Assembly (NCBI RefSeq): GCF_009914755.1
Contig: NC_060947.1
Length of the DNA: 64,000 nt
Source of the DNA: the human T2T-CHM13v2.0 reference genome, Homo sapiens
Direction: 5' to 3' (one strand)
Position 1 is the first letter of the stretch. Every line of letters starts with the position of its first letter. The translations under genes were made by a program, and so were the position numbers. This document shows, piece after piece, positions 14,751 to 30,576 of the stretch. The notes under the pieces were generated by a model that was not told the DNA's origin, made no database searches, and saw only the letters and a program-made list of their open reading frames with translations.

Positions 14751-16541
14751 CCTTGAGAGAGAAATAAGAGGTCTTTAGACAGAATCCTTAGGGAATGTTA
14801 AGGTTGTTTTATCCTCCTGTCTTCTTTTCCTTATCAATTTATTTGTTTACTTATTTAATACATTTTTATGTATCACTGAGGTCCTTTTTTAAGTACTAGG
14901 GATGGAGATAAAAACTTAACATTGTTCCTGCATCATGGATTTTGCAATAAAATAAGGGAGATATAAATTAATTTAACCGAGAAATGTGAAAAGTCTCTGA
15001 AAAGGAGATAATTGGTTCTATGAGAAGAAGATCATATTATTTCATATTGCTACCCAATATACTAATGATTTCTCAAGGAAATGATATTGAGGATCTTTCT
15101 TGATCCCAACTTGTTTAAGGCATAATTTTCAAGCACTGTGCAGAAAGTGGTGGTTGATAAAGCTATGCATGTGCCATTGTATTCTATCCTTTAATTGTTC
15201 TCTTTCCTTCCTTAATTACCCTCCCCATGTATGAATCACTAGGAGTGAAGTCTTAAATACCAGCAACTGTGTCTGGGCATTCTGCCCTTCACCATCAATG
15301 AGTTGGTCAAGCAATAATTATCAAGATTGCATTATACCTAAGGAGGGAAAAAAAAACATTAATTCGTATTTTTCTTGTAATATATAATGGGTGATATATA
15401 TATTTCATGTCATAAATCATGGCTTAATACAAGCGTGTAATGGTGTAGGATTTCTCTTTAACTGATCACGTCATGTTTTTAGAATCATGAAATCTCTTAG
15501 ATTGAAATGGTGACTTTTACTGGTTTTTGTGTTCACTCTCCCATATAGTATAGGAATTTGCTCTATAGCCTTCATAACTGGTGATTTTCCAACTTCTGCA
15601 TAATCACTTCTAGTGATTGTCAACTCATTATCTCACAAGGCAGCTTATTTGATTGTTAAAAAGATGAAATTGTTGTAACTTCTTATATCACTTAGAGTTC
15701 TGCTTCCTTTTGACTTATATCTGTTCAACCTGTTTACTTGCAAAAACGAAGTAATCTAATCTAGGGCTCATTGTTACTCTGAAAATTCTTATCAAAAGGC
15801 TTAAACTCCTTATGACTAAGGCTTTTTAGATGGCTTATTACTTGTAGGTCTTCAAAGTTAATTCAGTTTGTTCTCTCATCAGTCCAATGTATTCTTTATC
15901 TATAGCTAGAGACAATCTTCAAATCTTGAATTGTGAGAAACTATAATTTCCTCAACCACATAAATATTTGATGCCATCATGTGATGTGAGTGAGTAATCT
16001 GTGTGAGGAAAACTAAAATCAGCCTGAAACAATTTCTTCCTGTTACATTGAGTGTGACAGAGTGATCAGCAATAACTGTTCAGGGAAGTCAATACTCATT
16101 CTTCAGCCTTTGCTTCCTGAAAATAAATTTGCTGAGGTATAAATAAAATAAGCAACAATAGTCCTGATGCAAAAAAAAAATCAAATAAAAATATTTCAGT
16201 CCTTGATTCTTTTAAATTGGACTTCATAATGCAGTTATTGACATCGAATGAAATATTTTAAACTAAATTGTTTTCCTAGTCAAAAGGAATAGTAAAACTA
16301 ATATCTGGGTTAGGTTACTTGTATAGATGAAATTACTCCTGAGAAATGGCCAGTGTAATCTTAAATATAAAGAAATCATTTGCTTATAAACCACTGAAAA
16401 TAAACCATTTTCTATTGTCTGGTGTTTAAATAGTGCTCATATCTTTGAAGTTCCTATAAGATGGAAGAAGCAAGTTTATTAAATAAGTCACTAGTCTTCT
16501 TCTGTTGCCAACCATTGAATTTTATAACCCAACATAAAGGA

Positions 16542-18509
16542 TGCGTTCGTTTTCAATTGCTGCATAACAAATTGCCACAGAATTAGTGGCTTAAAAAACA
16601 TGCAGTTTATATGGGCCAGGAGTCCATGTGTGGCTTAACTACGTTCTCTGCTCAGCACGTCACAAGCTTGAAAGCAAGATGTCAGCCAGGCTGAGTCCAC
16701 TACGAAGCTCATGAGGTTTTTGGCAGAATTGAGTCTTTTGCACTTATAGGACTGAAGTCCCCACTTTTCTTGTTGGTGGCCAGCTGCTTCTTCAAAACCA
16801 GCAGGAGAATCTCTCTAATCTCTAGGCATTCTTTTGTTGTTGTTAATGTGTGGGGATTGTTTGTTTGTTTGAATAGACTTTATTTTTTAGAGCATTCTTA
16901 GGTTCACAGCAAGACTGGGAGGAAGTTATAGAGATTTCTCCATATACTCCCTAGCCCCACACATGCATAGCCTTCGCCATTATCAGCATCTCACACTAGA
17001 GTGGTACATTTGTTACAATTCATGAACCTACATTGCTACATCATTATCACCCAAAGCCTATGTTTTATATTAGGGTTCATTCTCGGTGTTGTACATTTTA
17101 TGGGTTAAGACAAGTGTGTAATAACATGTGTCTACCAATATAGTATCATAAAGAGAAGTTTCACTGCCCTAAAAATCCTCTGTGTTCTACGTATTCATCT
17201 CTTATTTCCCCCCAACTCCTGAGAACCACTGATCTTTTTACTATCTGCATAGTTTTGACTTCCACAATGTCATATAGTTGGAATCATGCAGTATATAGCC
17301 TTCTCAGATTGGCTTCTTTCACTTAGTAATATGTATTTAAGTTTTCTCCATGTCTTTTCATGGCTTGATAGCCCACTGCTTTTTAGTGATGAATAATATT
17401 CCATTGTCTGAATGTACCACAGTTTATACATTTATCTACTAAAGGATGTCTTGGTTGCATCCAAGTTTTGGCAATTATGAATAAAGCTGCTGTAAACATC
17501 CATGTGCAAGTTTTTGTGTGGACATAGGTTCTCAACTCCTTTGGGAAAGTACCAAAGAGTGTAACTGTTTGATTGTATGGTAAGAGTATGTTTAGTTTCA
17601 TAAGAAACTGCTAAACTGTCTTCCAAAGTGGCTGTACCATTTTGCATTCCCACTAGCAATGAGTAGGAGTTCTTGTTGCTACACGACCTTGCTAACATTT
17701 GTTGTTGATAATGTTCTGGATTTTGGTCAGTCTAATAGGTGTGTGGTGGTATTTAGTTGTTTTAATTTGCATTTCCCTGGTGACATGATGTGGAATATCT
17801 TTTCATATGCTTATTTGCCATCTGTATATCTTCTTTGTTGAAGTGTCTGTGAATTTCTTTGGCCCATTTTAAAAATTGGGTTACTTATTTAATTATTGAG
17901 TTTTTGGTATATTTCGGATAGCAGTCCTTTATCAGATGTATCTCTTGCAAATATTTTCTACCAGTCAGTGGCATATCTTTTCATTCTGTTGACAGTGTCT
18001 TTTGCAGAGCAGATATTTTTAATTTTAATGAAGTCCAGCTTATCAGTTCTTTCTTTCATGGATCATGCCTTTAGTGTTGTATCTAAGAAGTCATTGTTAA
18101 GCCCAAAGTTATCTAGATTTTCTCCCATGTTATCTTCCAGGGGTTTTATAGTTTTGCATTTTACATTTACGTCTGTGATCCATTTCGAGTTAATTTTTTT
18201 GAAGGGTGTAAAGTCTGTGTCTCCATTACTTTTTTTCTTTTTGCATAAACTCTGTTTTAAAGGGATCACCTCTTTAGGTCATGCTCACTCAGCCAATATC
18301 CCGTTTGATTAAATTAATGTCAACTAATTAGGGGCTTTGATTATATCTACAAAAATGCCTTCATCCCTGCCATTTAATATAACCTAATCATGAGAATGAC
18401 TCCACCATCATAAAAACAGGCCATGTTTACACTTAAGGGAGGGGATTACATAGGGCATATATACCAAGGGGGTGAGAATCTTGGAGACCTTCCAATTCAA
18501 CATAACACA
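16542..18509 (-). mobile_element. MLT1E-like MaLR LTR in two pieces (about 16542-16830 and 18250-18509), split by L1MC1
   Basis: ATTGCTGCATAACAAATTGCCACAGAATTAGTGGCTTAAA on the left; ATAACCTAATCATGAGAATGA...GGAGGGGATTACATAGGGC on the right. Confidence 0.75.
16865..18245 (-). mobile_element. L1MC1-like LINE 3' portion
   Basis: AATAGACTTTATTTTTTAGAGCA...GAGTGGTACATTTGTTACAAT...TTCACTGCCCTAAAAATCCTCTGTG; ORF2 C-terminal remnants (HTKTCTWMFTAALFIIAKTW). Confidence 0.9.
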
Positions 18510-18529
18510 TTCTGTATACTCATTTCTGG

Positions 18530-18605
18530 TCCTAACATTTCTGAGCCTCACATTTATCATCTGTCAAATGAGAATTATTGTAGATCAAATGAGAATTGTT
18601 ACATA
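18530..18605 (+). mobile_element. MIR core fragment, probable donor of the inverted copy at 21431-21481
   Basis: CTGAGCCTCACATTTATCATCTGTCAAATGAG resembles the MIR core. Confidence 0.65.
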
Positions 18606-20068
18606 TATTAGGACCCCACCCCTAACAGCACCACTGTGTTTTTACCTTTATGCTATTGTGGTAACGCTAAAAACCAGTCTAACTTATAGAATCATAAGAA
18701 ACTTTCCAGACCTCATGAGGCACACTGGCATCCTGGTAGGAGAATGCTATGTCTTCTAGATCATCTCAAAGCAAAAGGTTTTCTAGAAAAGTTAGCATCT
18801 ACATTGCAACATCTTTTGTTGTTCCCTTCCAGTTCAGCACCACTCTATTAGCATTAACACCCCACAGTAAAGAGAAAGGACACTCACAGTCAAGATGATG
18901 GAGTAAACTTGCAAATGAGACATCCCCAGGTAGACCTGTTGGTACTTGGGGTCCTCTTCTAATAGCTTTTTTTTGTGGGGGGGAGGTCCCGATGCTGGTC
19001 ATCAACTTGGAAACCCTCATCTTGAGCTATTCGGAGAGGACCTTATTTCTTGGCAACTGAAATTTCTGAAAATACAGCATTAGGTAACACAGCAGACAAC
19101 AAAAACAATATATTCTCTATGGGCAATCTGGGAATGGCAACAAACCACAGGCATCTAACAATTTATTTGTTACGAGAGGAACCTGAACCATGCTAAGACA
19201 AATGGACATCAACATTGTTAGAGAAGACACTGTCCATTAGCAAGCACTAGCAGGGAGAAAAAGAAAATGAAGCCTAAAAGCAAGTTGGAGGTAGCCATCT
19301 ACTTACTAGAGATAAAGACAGAATATTAGCTAAAACAAAGCAATAGGATGAGGAATAAAGGCTATGTTTTTGTGGTAGACATTTCCCTCTTGAGCTGAGT
19401 ATCTAATACCCCTCACCCCAAACCCAACTGAGCATCTCCTTTTCTAAGGTACTCTAACAGATTCCAATAATGCCTCCACAGGTGGGTTTGGGTGAGGATG
19501 ATTGATAATGTTTATAAAATATCTACCATAATGTCTGTCAGGTAATGAACACATGTAACAAATGCTAACTAGCAGTGTTCTTAGAAAGAGTAGTATGAGT
19601 AGTATACAGTGCACTTTCTCTAGAGGGAAAAACTATAATGTAACAACACCAATGTTCACAGTAATTTATGAGAGGATTGGGTAGAGGAGGAGTAAATACA
19701 GAACAGCATATTTCAACGTGCTTGGTCAATTTTCAGTAACAGGAACAGTCATGTTTTCCCCAGGAGGGCAGTCTTTTGGTAGAAACTGTAGTGAATACAA
19801 GCATGCATCATCTTTGTCAATGTGATGAATGCTATTCAGAAAAAAGTGTTATTTATAAGAATCTTCCAAAATAAATTCTACAAGAGATATTTGGCAGGTT
19901 AAAAACAAACTTGGAGGAATAAAAGAATGTCCAGAACAAAAGCTCAAAACATTAGAGACAATGTTCATGGCTGTGAACTTCCCATTGCAAGGTGGAAATG
20001 ATAAGTATAGATGATGAACTGGGAGGATAAAAGCTGAGGAGTCAAGGTTTTTTTCTATTACTCTAGGT

Positions 20069-20245
20069 CAGTGATTCTCAACCAGGGATGAATTTGTCAC
20101 TTAGGAGGCATTTAGCAGTGTTTGGAGATGTTTTCTCGTTGTCACAGCTTAGGGGAAGAGAGATGGTGCTACTGGCATCTAGTGGGTGGAGGCCAGTGAT
20201 ACTTGTTAAACGTGCTACAATGTCCAGGACAGCTTCCACAACAAG
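20069..20245. mobile_element. MER20 (hAT-Charlie), partial
   Basis: CAGTGATTCTCAACCAGGG...GGTGCTACTGGCATCTAGTGGGTGGAGGCCAG. Confidence 0.85.
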
Positions 20246-20259
20246 GGGCTGGTCTGGAA

Positions 20260-22651
<2,392 letters not shown>

Positions 22652-24604
22652 TTATAAGATGAGGAGACTATGCAGATTTCACTTGAGACATCTTTGAGGA
22701 AACATATGGGAGAGAAGAAAAAAAGTCAACCATAATTTCATCATCCTGAGCAATCACTGTCAACACATTTAAGAAGACTGTCCTGGAGACGGGGTAAGAA
22801 TTGGTCAGAGTGGGAAGACAACTGAGACAAAAAGGTAATGCAGTCTTCGTTGTAGGGCTGCAGTGGTCGGGATAGAGAGAGAGAGATGATTGTAAGCAAG
22901 ATCAGCATTCAGATAGTTAATTTTCCTACCTCAAATGTCATTTCCTAAACATTATCTGTATTATAAGGGCTGCAAGTTTTTTCAGTGCTCCTTTTGCTTA
23001 TCCTTCATTATGAGCCCCAATATATCTAGCTATTGTCATCTGCTGCTTCCTTCATCTGGGAGTTGGATTACCTGAAAAGATTTTCATCTGGTACATGGTT
23101 GTTTTATATAACGCTTCTGCTCCAGTCACTAGCTTTACCATTGCTTGTTTCAGCACTTGGGAGTCGAGCAGGAACTATGATACAGCTAGACCATTCGTTT
23201 CCAGTCTTTTCGGTTTTTTTTACTGGGAAGGTACACTCAGCCACTGTCCCTGTAGTCTAACCATTCAAGAATTGGATTAGGTGAATACATAAAACAGCAT
23301 GTAGGCAGTCCTTGAAGGGAGTTATACTTTGGTTAACTGATTTATTCCTTTGCCAGAACCATTGTGTGTATGCATGGCCATGCGTATGTGTGCGTGTATA
23401 CACACAACTGATAAAAGCAACCAGCGTTTGAGTGTTTCCTACAGCCTTGTGTGTAGGCAGCTCTAGCATCACTGTAAAAGGTATGCGGTGGGCTGACGAC
23501 TCAAGTTGGCAGCTGTTCCTCTTAAAACTGCTTCACTCCATGAAGTCAGCAGAGAAAGCAGTCAGTCTCTTGAACAGTTTATGCCTGGTTCTTGGCATCA
23601 TTAAAATTCTGTTCTTTTCAGTGTTGCTTCATTTGCACAATCAGGATGCTCCGTTTTCAGACATTCAAAGTGTTGAAAATTTTTTTAATAAATAGATTTT
23701 CATTGGCATCAAGTCCAAGTTGAGTGATTCTCAATGTAGGAAATAACAGTATAATTTTTGGAGTATGTATTTTGGAGAGTCTTTCCCCCTCTTTGGCTAA
23801 CCTTTGTAAGTGTTATATGGTTTCCAAAGCTCTTTCATGTATGATGATTTATTGCTTATACAACACCACAAAGTTGGTACCGTGAGCTCTAATTCAAGAT
23901 CAGTAAATGGATTTTCAGAAGGGAAAAGTGAACAATCAAAGGCTGGTTTCGGTGATGGAGTCAAGCTAAAAACACTGGTTGTCTTAGACTCTAGGGATCT
24001 TTCTATTATAACATGGTAACTTTGAGCAAGTGAGGTCTCTATTGTATTAACAGTTTGTATTGTAATAAAGTGTGTTCAACTTTTTCTCAAGCTGTATTTC
24101 AAGGTTAACACTTTATAAATGGAACTAAATCATTGGAGCTTAGGCCAGGGGCTGGAAGTTTATTTATTGATCTAGTCTGGCCTCTTGGGTTTCTTGATAT
24201 TTGGTAAAATGGTACATTTCTCAGTACATTGGAAAGGCATTTTATTTCCTCTAGAATGAAGAGCACTGCTCTTGAATTTTAAAGCGAGGTCCAACAGAGA
24301 TCATGGGCCCAAAGCACAAACCACAAGCCTCACGTTGCTACAGGAAAAAAATCATAGGTAATTTCTGAAGAGCCTTTCTATCAACTTCTACTTAAATCTG
24401 TGCCTTGAAATGATAGGCACATATGATAGCTTCTGGAAGTATGCATAGTAATTAAATGTATCATTCTATTCCAAACTATACTGAATGAAGTTACTAATGA
24501 TTAAATGTGTTTATTTTCAAAGATATTATACTTTACAATGTCATAATATTTGAATGTTAAAATATATGTAATAGAAGTAAATTATATGCTATCAAAGTAC
24601 TTTA

Positions 24605-25000
24605 CATGGATCATTTATTAATCACAAAGGATAATAGATCCCTTTACCATGGAAAGATGGAAAGATCTGACAAATACCACCTAAACCATATTACCCAAGT
24701 TAACATCTCCAATAATAGAACCAATGAATATCAAGTGCTTCCTGGTGTGATGTAGCTTGAAGGACACAATATCAAATCTGTGATATACCAGCCTAAAATG
24801 CTTAATCATTATCTAATCATGAGAAACATCAGACCAACCAAGATTGAGAGACATTCTACAACAACACTGGTGACACTCTTCAAAATGACAATGTCATAAA
24901 AGACAAAGGCAGAGGCATGAGAAATAAATGCAATAACTTACATCTGGATCAGAAAAACAAAATTGTTATAAAAAATATTATTAGGAAAATTTGCAAGATA
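24605..25000 (+). mobile_element. L1MC4/5-like 3' UTR fragment
   Basis: CAAGTTAACATCTCCAATAAT...ATCTAATCATGAGAAACATCAGAC...GACATTCTACAA. Confidence 0.7.
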
Positions 25001-26113
25001 AAAATTGAACAAGAAAAAAAGTGGTATCTTTGAGAACAAGTGAGAACATTTTGACATTTCTTTAGAAATAATATGAATTGATTTGAAAATTATTTTGAAA
25101 ATAATTTAGAGCTAAGAAAGTAATGGCTTGCGGAGAACCCTTTGAGTTTGCTTCATTATTTAAAAATTCAATAAAATAAGTAATTATTCCTATTTTAAGT
25201 GAAACAGTTTATTATAAAACCTTATTTCAGCTCAGGCAATTTCTAATCTATGCAGATTAATTTCACTTGCATAGAATTTTGAGATTTGGGTAGACTTTAT
25301 TTCAATTTGTTTATTTTAATCTTTAAGAGAGTCATTTTGTTATTTATGCATGATCCCTTTTAAGAAGTGTTTATTTGTTTACTGATTTGGAAGTATTATT
25401 ATGTGCAAAGATTCTAAAACAGCCATCCAGATGCCATTGACACGGTAATGTGGGGATTTTCATTAATTTATACGATTTATCTGTTTTCATATTTCACCAT
25501 TTACTATTCCACCTCCACACCTGGAAGAGTATCTGATCTTGGCTAAGTATCTTTGTGAGGATACATTTATCTGTCCATTTGTTAACATAAATATTTATTG
25601 AGTAGCTATGAGATTGTCTAGTACCTTTGCCGGGTACTAGAACTTTACAGAAAAGCTGTATCGTGTCTTTCTCCTCATACAGGCAATGTATTGACTCATG
25701 AAACTTCCAGGTAGTTCTCCAATGTTCTCAGCTGGATGATAGGTAAATATTTAGAGTTTTTAGAATGAGAACATGAGGAGACCTACTTCTATACCTGTGT
25801 TTTCTCATGAGGATTATATTTGTCAATAATCTTTACCCTCCATTTGTACCTATTTATTCATGATGCATTATGACAAATGTATATAGTTATACAGCTGCCA
25901 CCACAGTTAAGATATAGAACATTTCGATCATACCAAAAAGTTTCTCCTGCTCCTTTATACTTATCTTTACTTCCCATCACCCTTGGCCCTTGATCTGATT
26001 TTTGTTCTTGTGAGTTTGCATTTTCCACGGAATTATATAAATGAAATCATACAGTGTGTGGCCTTTGGGGTCTGGCTTGTTTCACTTAGCATAATGCTTT
26101 TGAGTTTCAACCA

Positions 26114-26485
26114 TTTTATTTATTTATTTTTATTTTATTTTTAATCTGTTATTTTAGGTTCAGGGGTACATGTGCACATTTGTTATACAGGTAAACTCGT
26201 ATCATGGGGGTTTGGTGTACAGATTCTTTTATCATACAGATACTAGGCCTAGTACCTAATAGATACTTTACTGATCCTCTCCCTCCTCCCACCCTCCACC
26301 CTCAGGTAGGCCCCAGTGTCTTGCTGTTCTCCTCTTGCATTCATGTGTTCTCATCATTTGACTCCCACTTATAAGTGAGAACATGCGGTATTTGGTTTTC
26401 TGTTCCTGCATTATTTTGCTAAGGATAATGGCCTCCAGCTCCATCCACGTCCCTGCAAAGGACATGATCTTATTCTTTTCTATGA
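26114..26485 (-). mobile_element. Old primate L1PA 3' end, 5'-truncated
   Basis: CAGGGGTACATGTGC...CCCACTTATAAGTGAGAACATGCGG; TSD TGAGTTTCA(A/G)CCA at 26101-26113 and 26486-26498. Confidence 0.9.
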
Positions 26486-27540
26486 TGAGTTTCAGCCAGT
26501 TTTTGTGTGTATCAGTAATTTGTTCCTTTTTAGTGCGGAATAGTATCTCATTGTATGGATGTACTACAATTTATTTATTCATTCACCAATTGATTTGGTA
26601 TTTATTTTCCAGTTTTTGACTAATAGTGAATAAATGCATTATTAGCATTAATATACTAGTATTTTGACATATAATTTCATTTCTTTTGGGTAATTAGCAA
26701 AAGTAGAATATCTGGGATGGATATTAAGTGGTATGCTTAAGTTTTTAAGACATGCTAAAGTCTTAGCATTTAGTTCCTAAGTGGCTGCGTCACCTTGTAT
26801 TCCCATTAACAATGTATGAGATTTCCAGTTGCTCCTTATCCAAACTAGCACTTGATATTTTCAGTCTTCTTCATTTTAGCCATTCTAAGAGATGTATAGT
26901 AATCTAACATTGTAATTTTAGTTTTTCATCCAAATGTGCTTTTAGCAGCTTATTTGAGTTGTAATCGTTCTTTATATATTCTAGGTACAAACCCTTCTTT
27001 AGAATGTTTTTTTGGAAATATTTTCTCCCAGTTCTGTGGAGTGTCTGTGCTTTCTTTACAGTGTCTATTGAAGAAAAACAATTTGATGAAGTCCAAATTA
27101 CTAATTTTTGTTATAGTGTGTGCTTTTTATATCTATATCTAATAAATCAGTAGCTAACTTAACTTCTCAAAAATATTCTCCTATGTTCTCCCCTAGAAGA
27201 TTTAGTTTCAGCTCTGACATTTAGGTCTGTGATCAAAATGTCTTCCTAGGAATTTGTCTATGTCAACTGATGTGCATAATTGTTTGGCATAAATTTTTTC
27301 ATAATGTTTTCTTATAATGCTTTTAACTTCCCTAGGATTGATAGTGATGTACACTCATTCCTAATTTTGGTAATTTGTTTCTTCTATTTTTTTGTCATAT
27401 GGCCTAGAAATTTATCAATTTTTAGTGATTTATTTTTTCTATTTTTTTTTGTTTTCCATTTGATTGATTTCCCCTTTGATCTTTATGGTTTCCTTCCTGT
27501 TTGCTTTGTCTCTAGTTTGTTCCTTTTTTTTCTAATTTCT

Positions 27541-27870
27541 TTCTCTTTTTTTGAGACAGGGTCTCACTCTGTCTCCTAGGCTGCAGTGCAGTGACATGAT
27601 CAGAGTGGTGCAGTGGAGTGCAGTGGCAAGGCTCACTGCAGCTTTGACCTCTCTTGCTGAAGCGATCCCCCCACCTCAGCTTCCCAGGTAGCTGGGACCA
27701 CAGGCATGTACCAACAAGCCTGGCTATTTATTTTTATTATTTTTTATTTTTGCATTTAATTTATTTATTTATTTATTTTTATTTTTTTTTTGACTCCTGG
27801 GCTCAAGCAATCTTTCCACCTCAGCTTGTGAAAGTCATGGGATTATAGGTGTAAACCACTGTGCACAGCC
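27541..27870 (-). mobile_element. AluJ-like, rearranged
   Basis: GAGACAGGGTCTCACTCTGTC...CTCCTGGGCTCAAGCAATC; expanded linker, part of the left monomer missing. Confidence 0.85.
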
Positions 27871-28118
27871 CCTCTTTTCTAAATTCTTAAGGTGAAAACT
27901 TATTATTGGTTTGAGATTTTTATTTTTTTAATATAGATCTTTAGAGCTATAAATTATCCTTTACTACTTTGGCTACATCAAAGGAATTTTAATATACCTG
28001 ATTTTGTCTTAATTCAGCTCAAATACTTTCTAATTTTCCTTTTTATTTCTTCTTTACCTATATGGCATTTAGAAAATTATTGTTTAATTTTCTATTTTTT
28101 TGTTGTTTTGCTAATTTA

Positions 28119-28560
<442 letters not shown>

Positions 28561-29111
28561 AATGTATTATGTTGCTATTGGGTGCAGTATTCCATAAATG
28601 TTAATTAGGTCAGGTTGGTAGATAGTGTCGTCTAAGTCTTCTACATCTTTATTGATTTACTGTATAGTAGTTCTATAAGTTATTGAGAGTACTGAAATCT
28701 GTAACTTGAAATGTTGAATTGTTTATTTCTTCTTTTGATTCTGTCATTTTTGTCTGTATATAATTTGATGCTCTATGTCTAGGTACATACATGTTTATAA
28801 CTATTATGTCTCCCTGACATATTGATCCTTTCATTAGGAAAGTTCCTCTTGTATCTCGTAATTTTTTTTTTTTTTTGTCTTAAAATCTGTCTTTTTTTCT
28901 AGTGGTAATATAGCCACTCCAGCTTCTATAGTTACCATTTGTATGGTTTGTCTTTTTCTATCTTATTACTTTCAATGTATATATTTCTCTTGTAGACATC
29001 ATATAGAAGTCTACTGATTTTCAGCCAATCTGGCAATCTCTAGCCTTTGATTATAGATTTTATTCCTTTTATTTTAATGTCATTATTGATATAGTTGGAT
29101 TTATGTCTGCC

Positions 29112-29399
<288 letters not shown>

Positions 29400-30544
29400 T
29401 TATTTGCTTTCTGCATCTCTTTTTGTTGTTGTTGTTGTTCCTCTATTGCTCCTTTACTGCTTTCTTTTGTATTAAATATGTTTTGGTGCTTTGTTTCAAT
29501 TCTATTATTAAAAAAAATTTCCCCATTGTTTTCTTAGTGGTTACTCTAGGGATTACTATACGCATCTTAAATGATCACATTCTACTTCAAATTAATACTG
29601 ACTTAATTCCAGCAAAATATAGCAACTTTCCTTCAATACAGCTTTACCTTTCCCCCTTCCCTTTTGTGTTACTATTGTCTTATAAATTACATATGTGTTA
29701 TAAACTTAGCAATATAGTGTTATAATTGTTGCTTTATACAATATATTTTTAAAGACATTAAGAGAAGAAAAGATAAAATATCTTTGAGTCTTTTATATAT
29801 ACACATATATGGTTCAGTGTTCCTACTTTCTTCCTATGAATTTGACTTACTGTCTGGTATCACTCCTTTCAGCCTGAAAGATTCATTCAGTATTTCTTTT
29901 AAGGTAGATCTAGCAACAGATTCTGTAAGTCTCTCTTTATCTCACAGTAATGTTATTTCATCTTCATTTATAAAGGATAGTTTTGCTGGACAGAATTCTT
30001 GGCTAACTTTTTTCTTTTAGCACTTTGAATATGTCATATACTTCCTTTTGCCCTCCAGATTTCTAATTTGAAGTCAGCTGTTGTATTGTTGTGCCCGTGT
30101 ATATCATGAGTCATTTTTTTTTTTCTGCTTTCAAGATTTTCTCTTTGTCTTTGGCTTTTAGCAGTTTGACTATCATCTGTATACATGTAGATCTCTGTGT
30201 TTATCTTACTTGGGGCTGATTGAGCTTCTTGGATCTATAAATTAAGGTTTTTCATCTAACTTGGGAAGTTTACCATCACAGTTTCTTCCTTTTTTTCTCT
30301 TCCTTTATCCTCTCCTCCCTTCTCAAATTCCCATGGAAATACGTTGGTATTCTTGATGGAGTCCCATGCATCTGGGAAACTTGATTATTTTTCTTTTTCT
30401 ATTTTTTAAATTGGATAATTTCCATTGATATATCTTAAGTTCTTTGATTCGTCTGTGTTCTCAAATCTTCTGTTGAATTAATCTTGTGAATTTTGCATTT
30501 TGCTTATTGGACTTTTCTCCTCTAGAATTTCAGTTTGGATGACT

Positions 30545-30576
30545 GGGTGTATGGCTCAGGGGTAGAGAATTTGACT
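30545..30576 (+). pseudogene. Tailless retrocopy of the 5' half of tRNA-Cys(GCA)
   Basis: GGGTGTATGGCTCAGGGGTAGAGAATTTGACT matches the remembered tRNA-Cys 5' half GGGGGTATAGCTCAGGGGTAGAGCATTTGACT at 29/32; flanked by a 17-bp repeat CTAGAATTTCA(G/A)TTTGG. Confidence 0.85.

Noticed and set aside
18564-18597. TCAAATGAGAATT repeated twice
   Set aside because: Largely explained by two similar AAATG(A/G)G motifs in MIR brought together by an internal deletion
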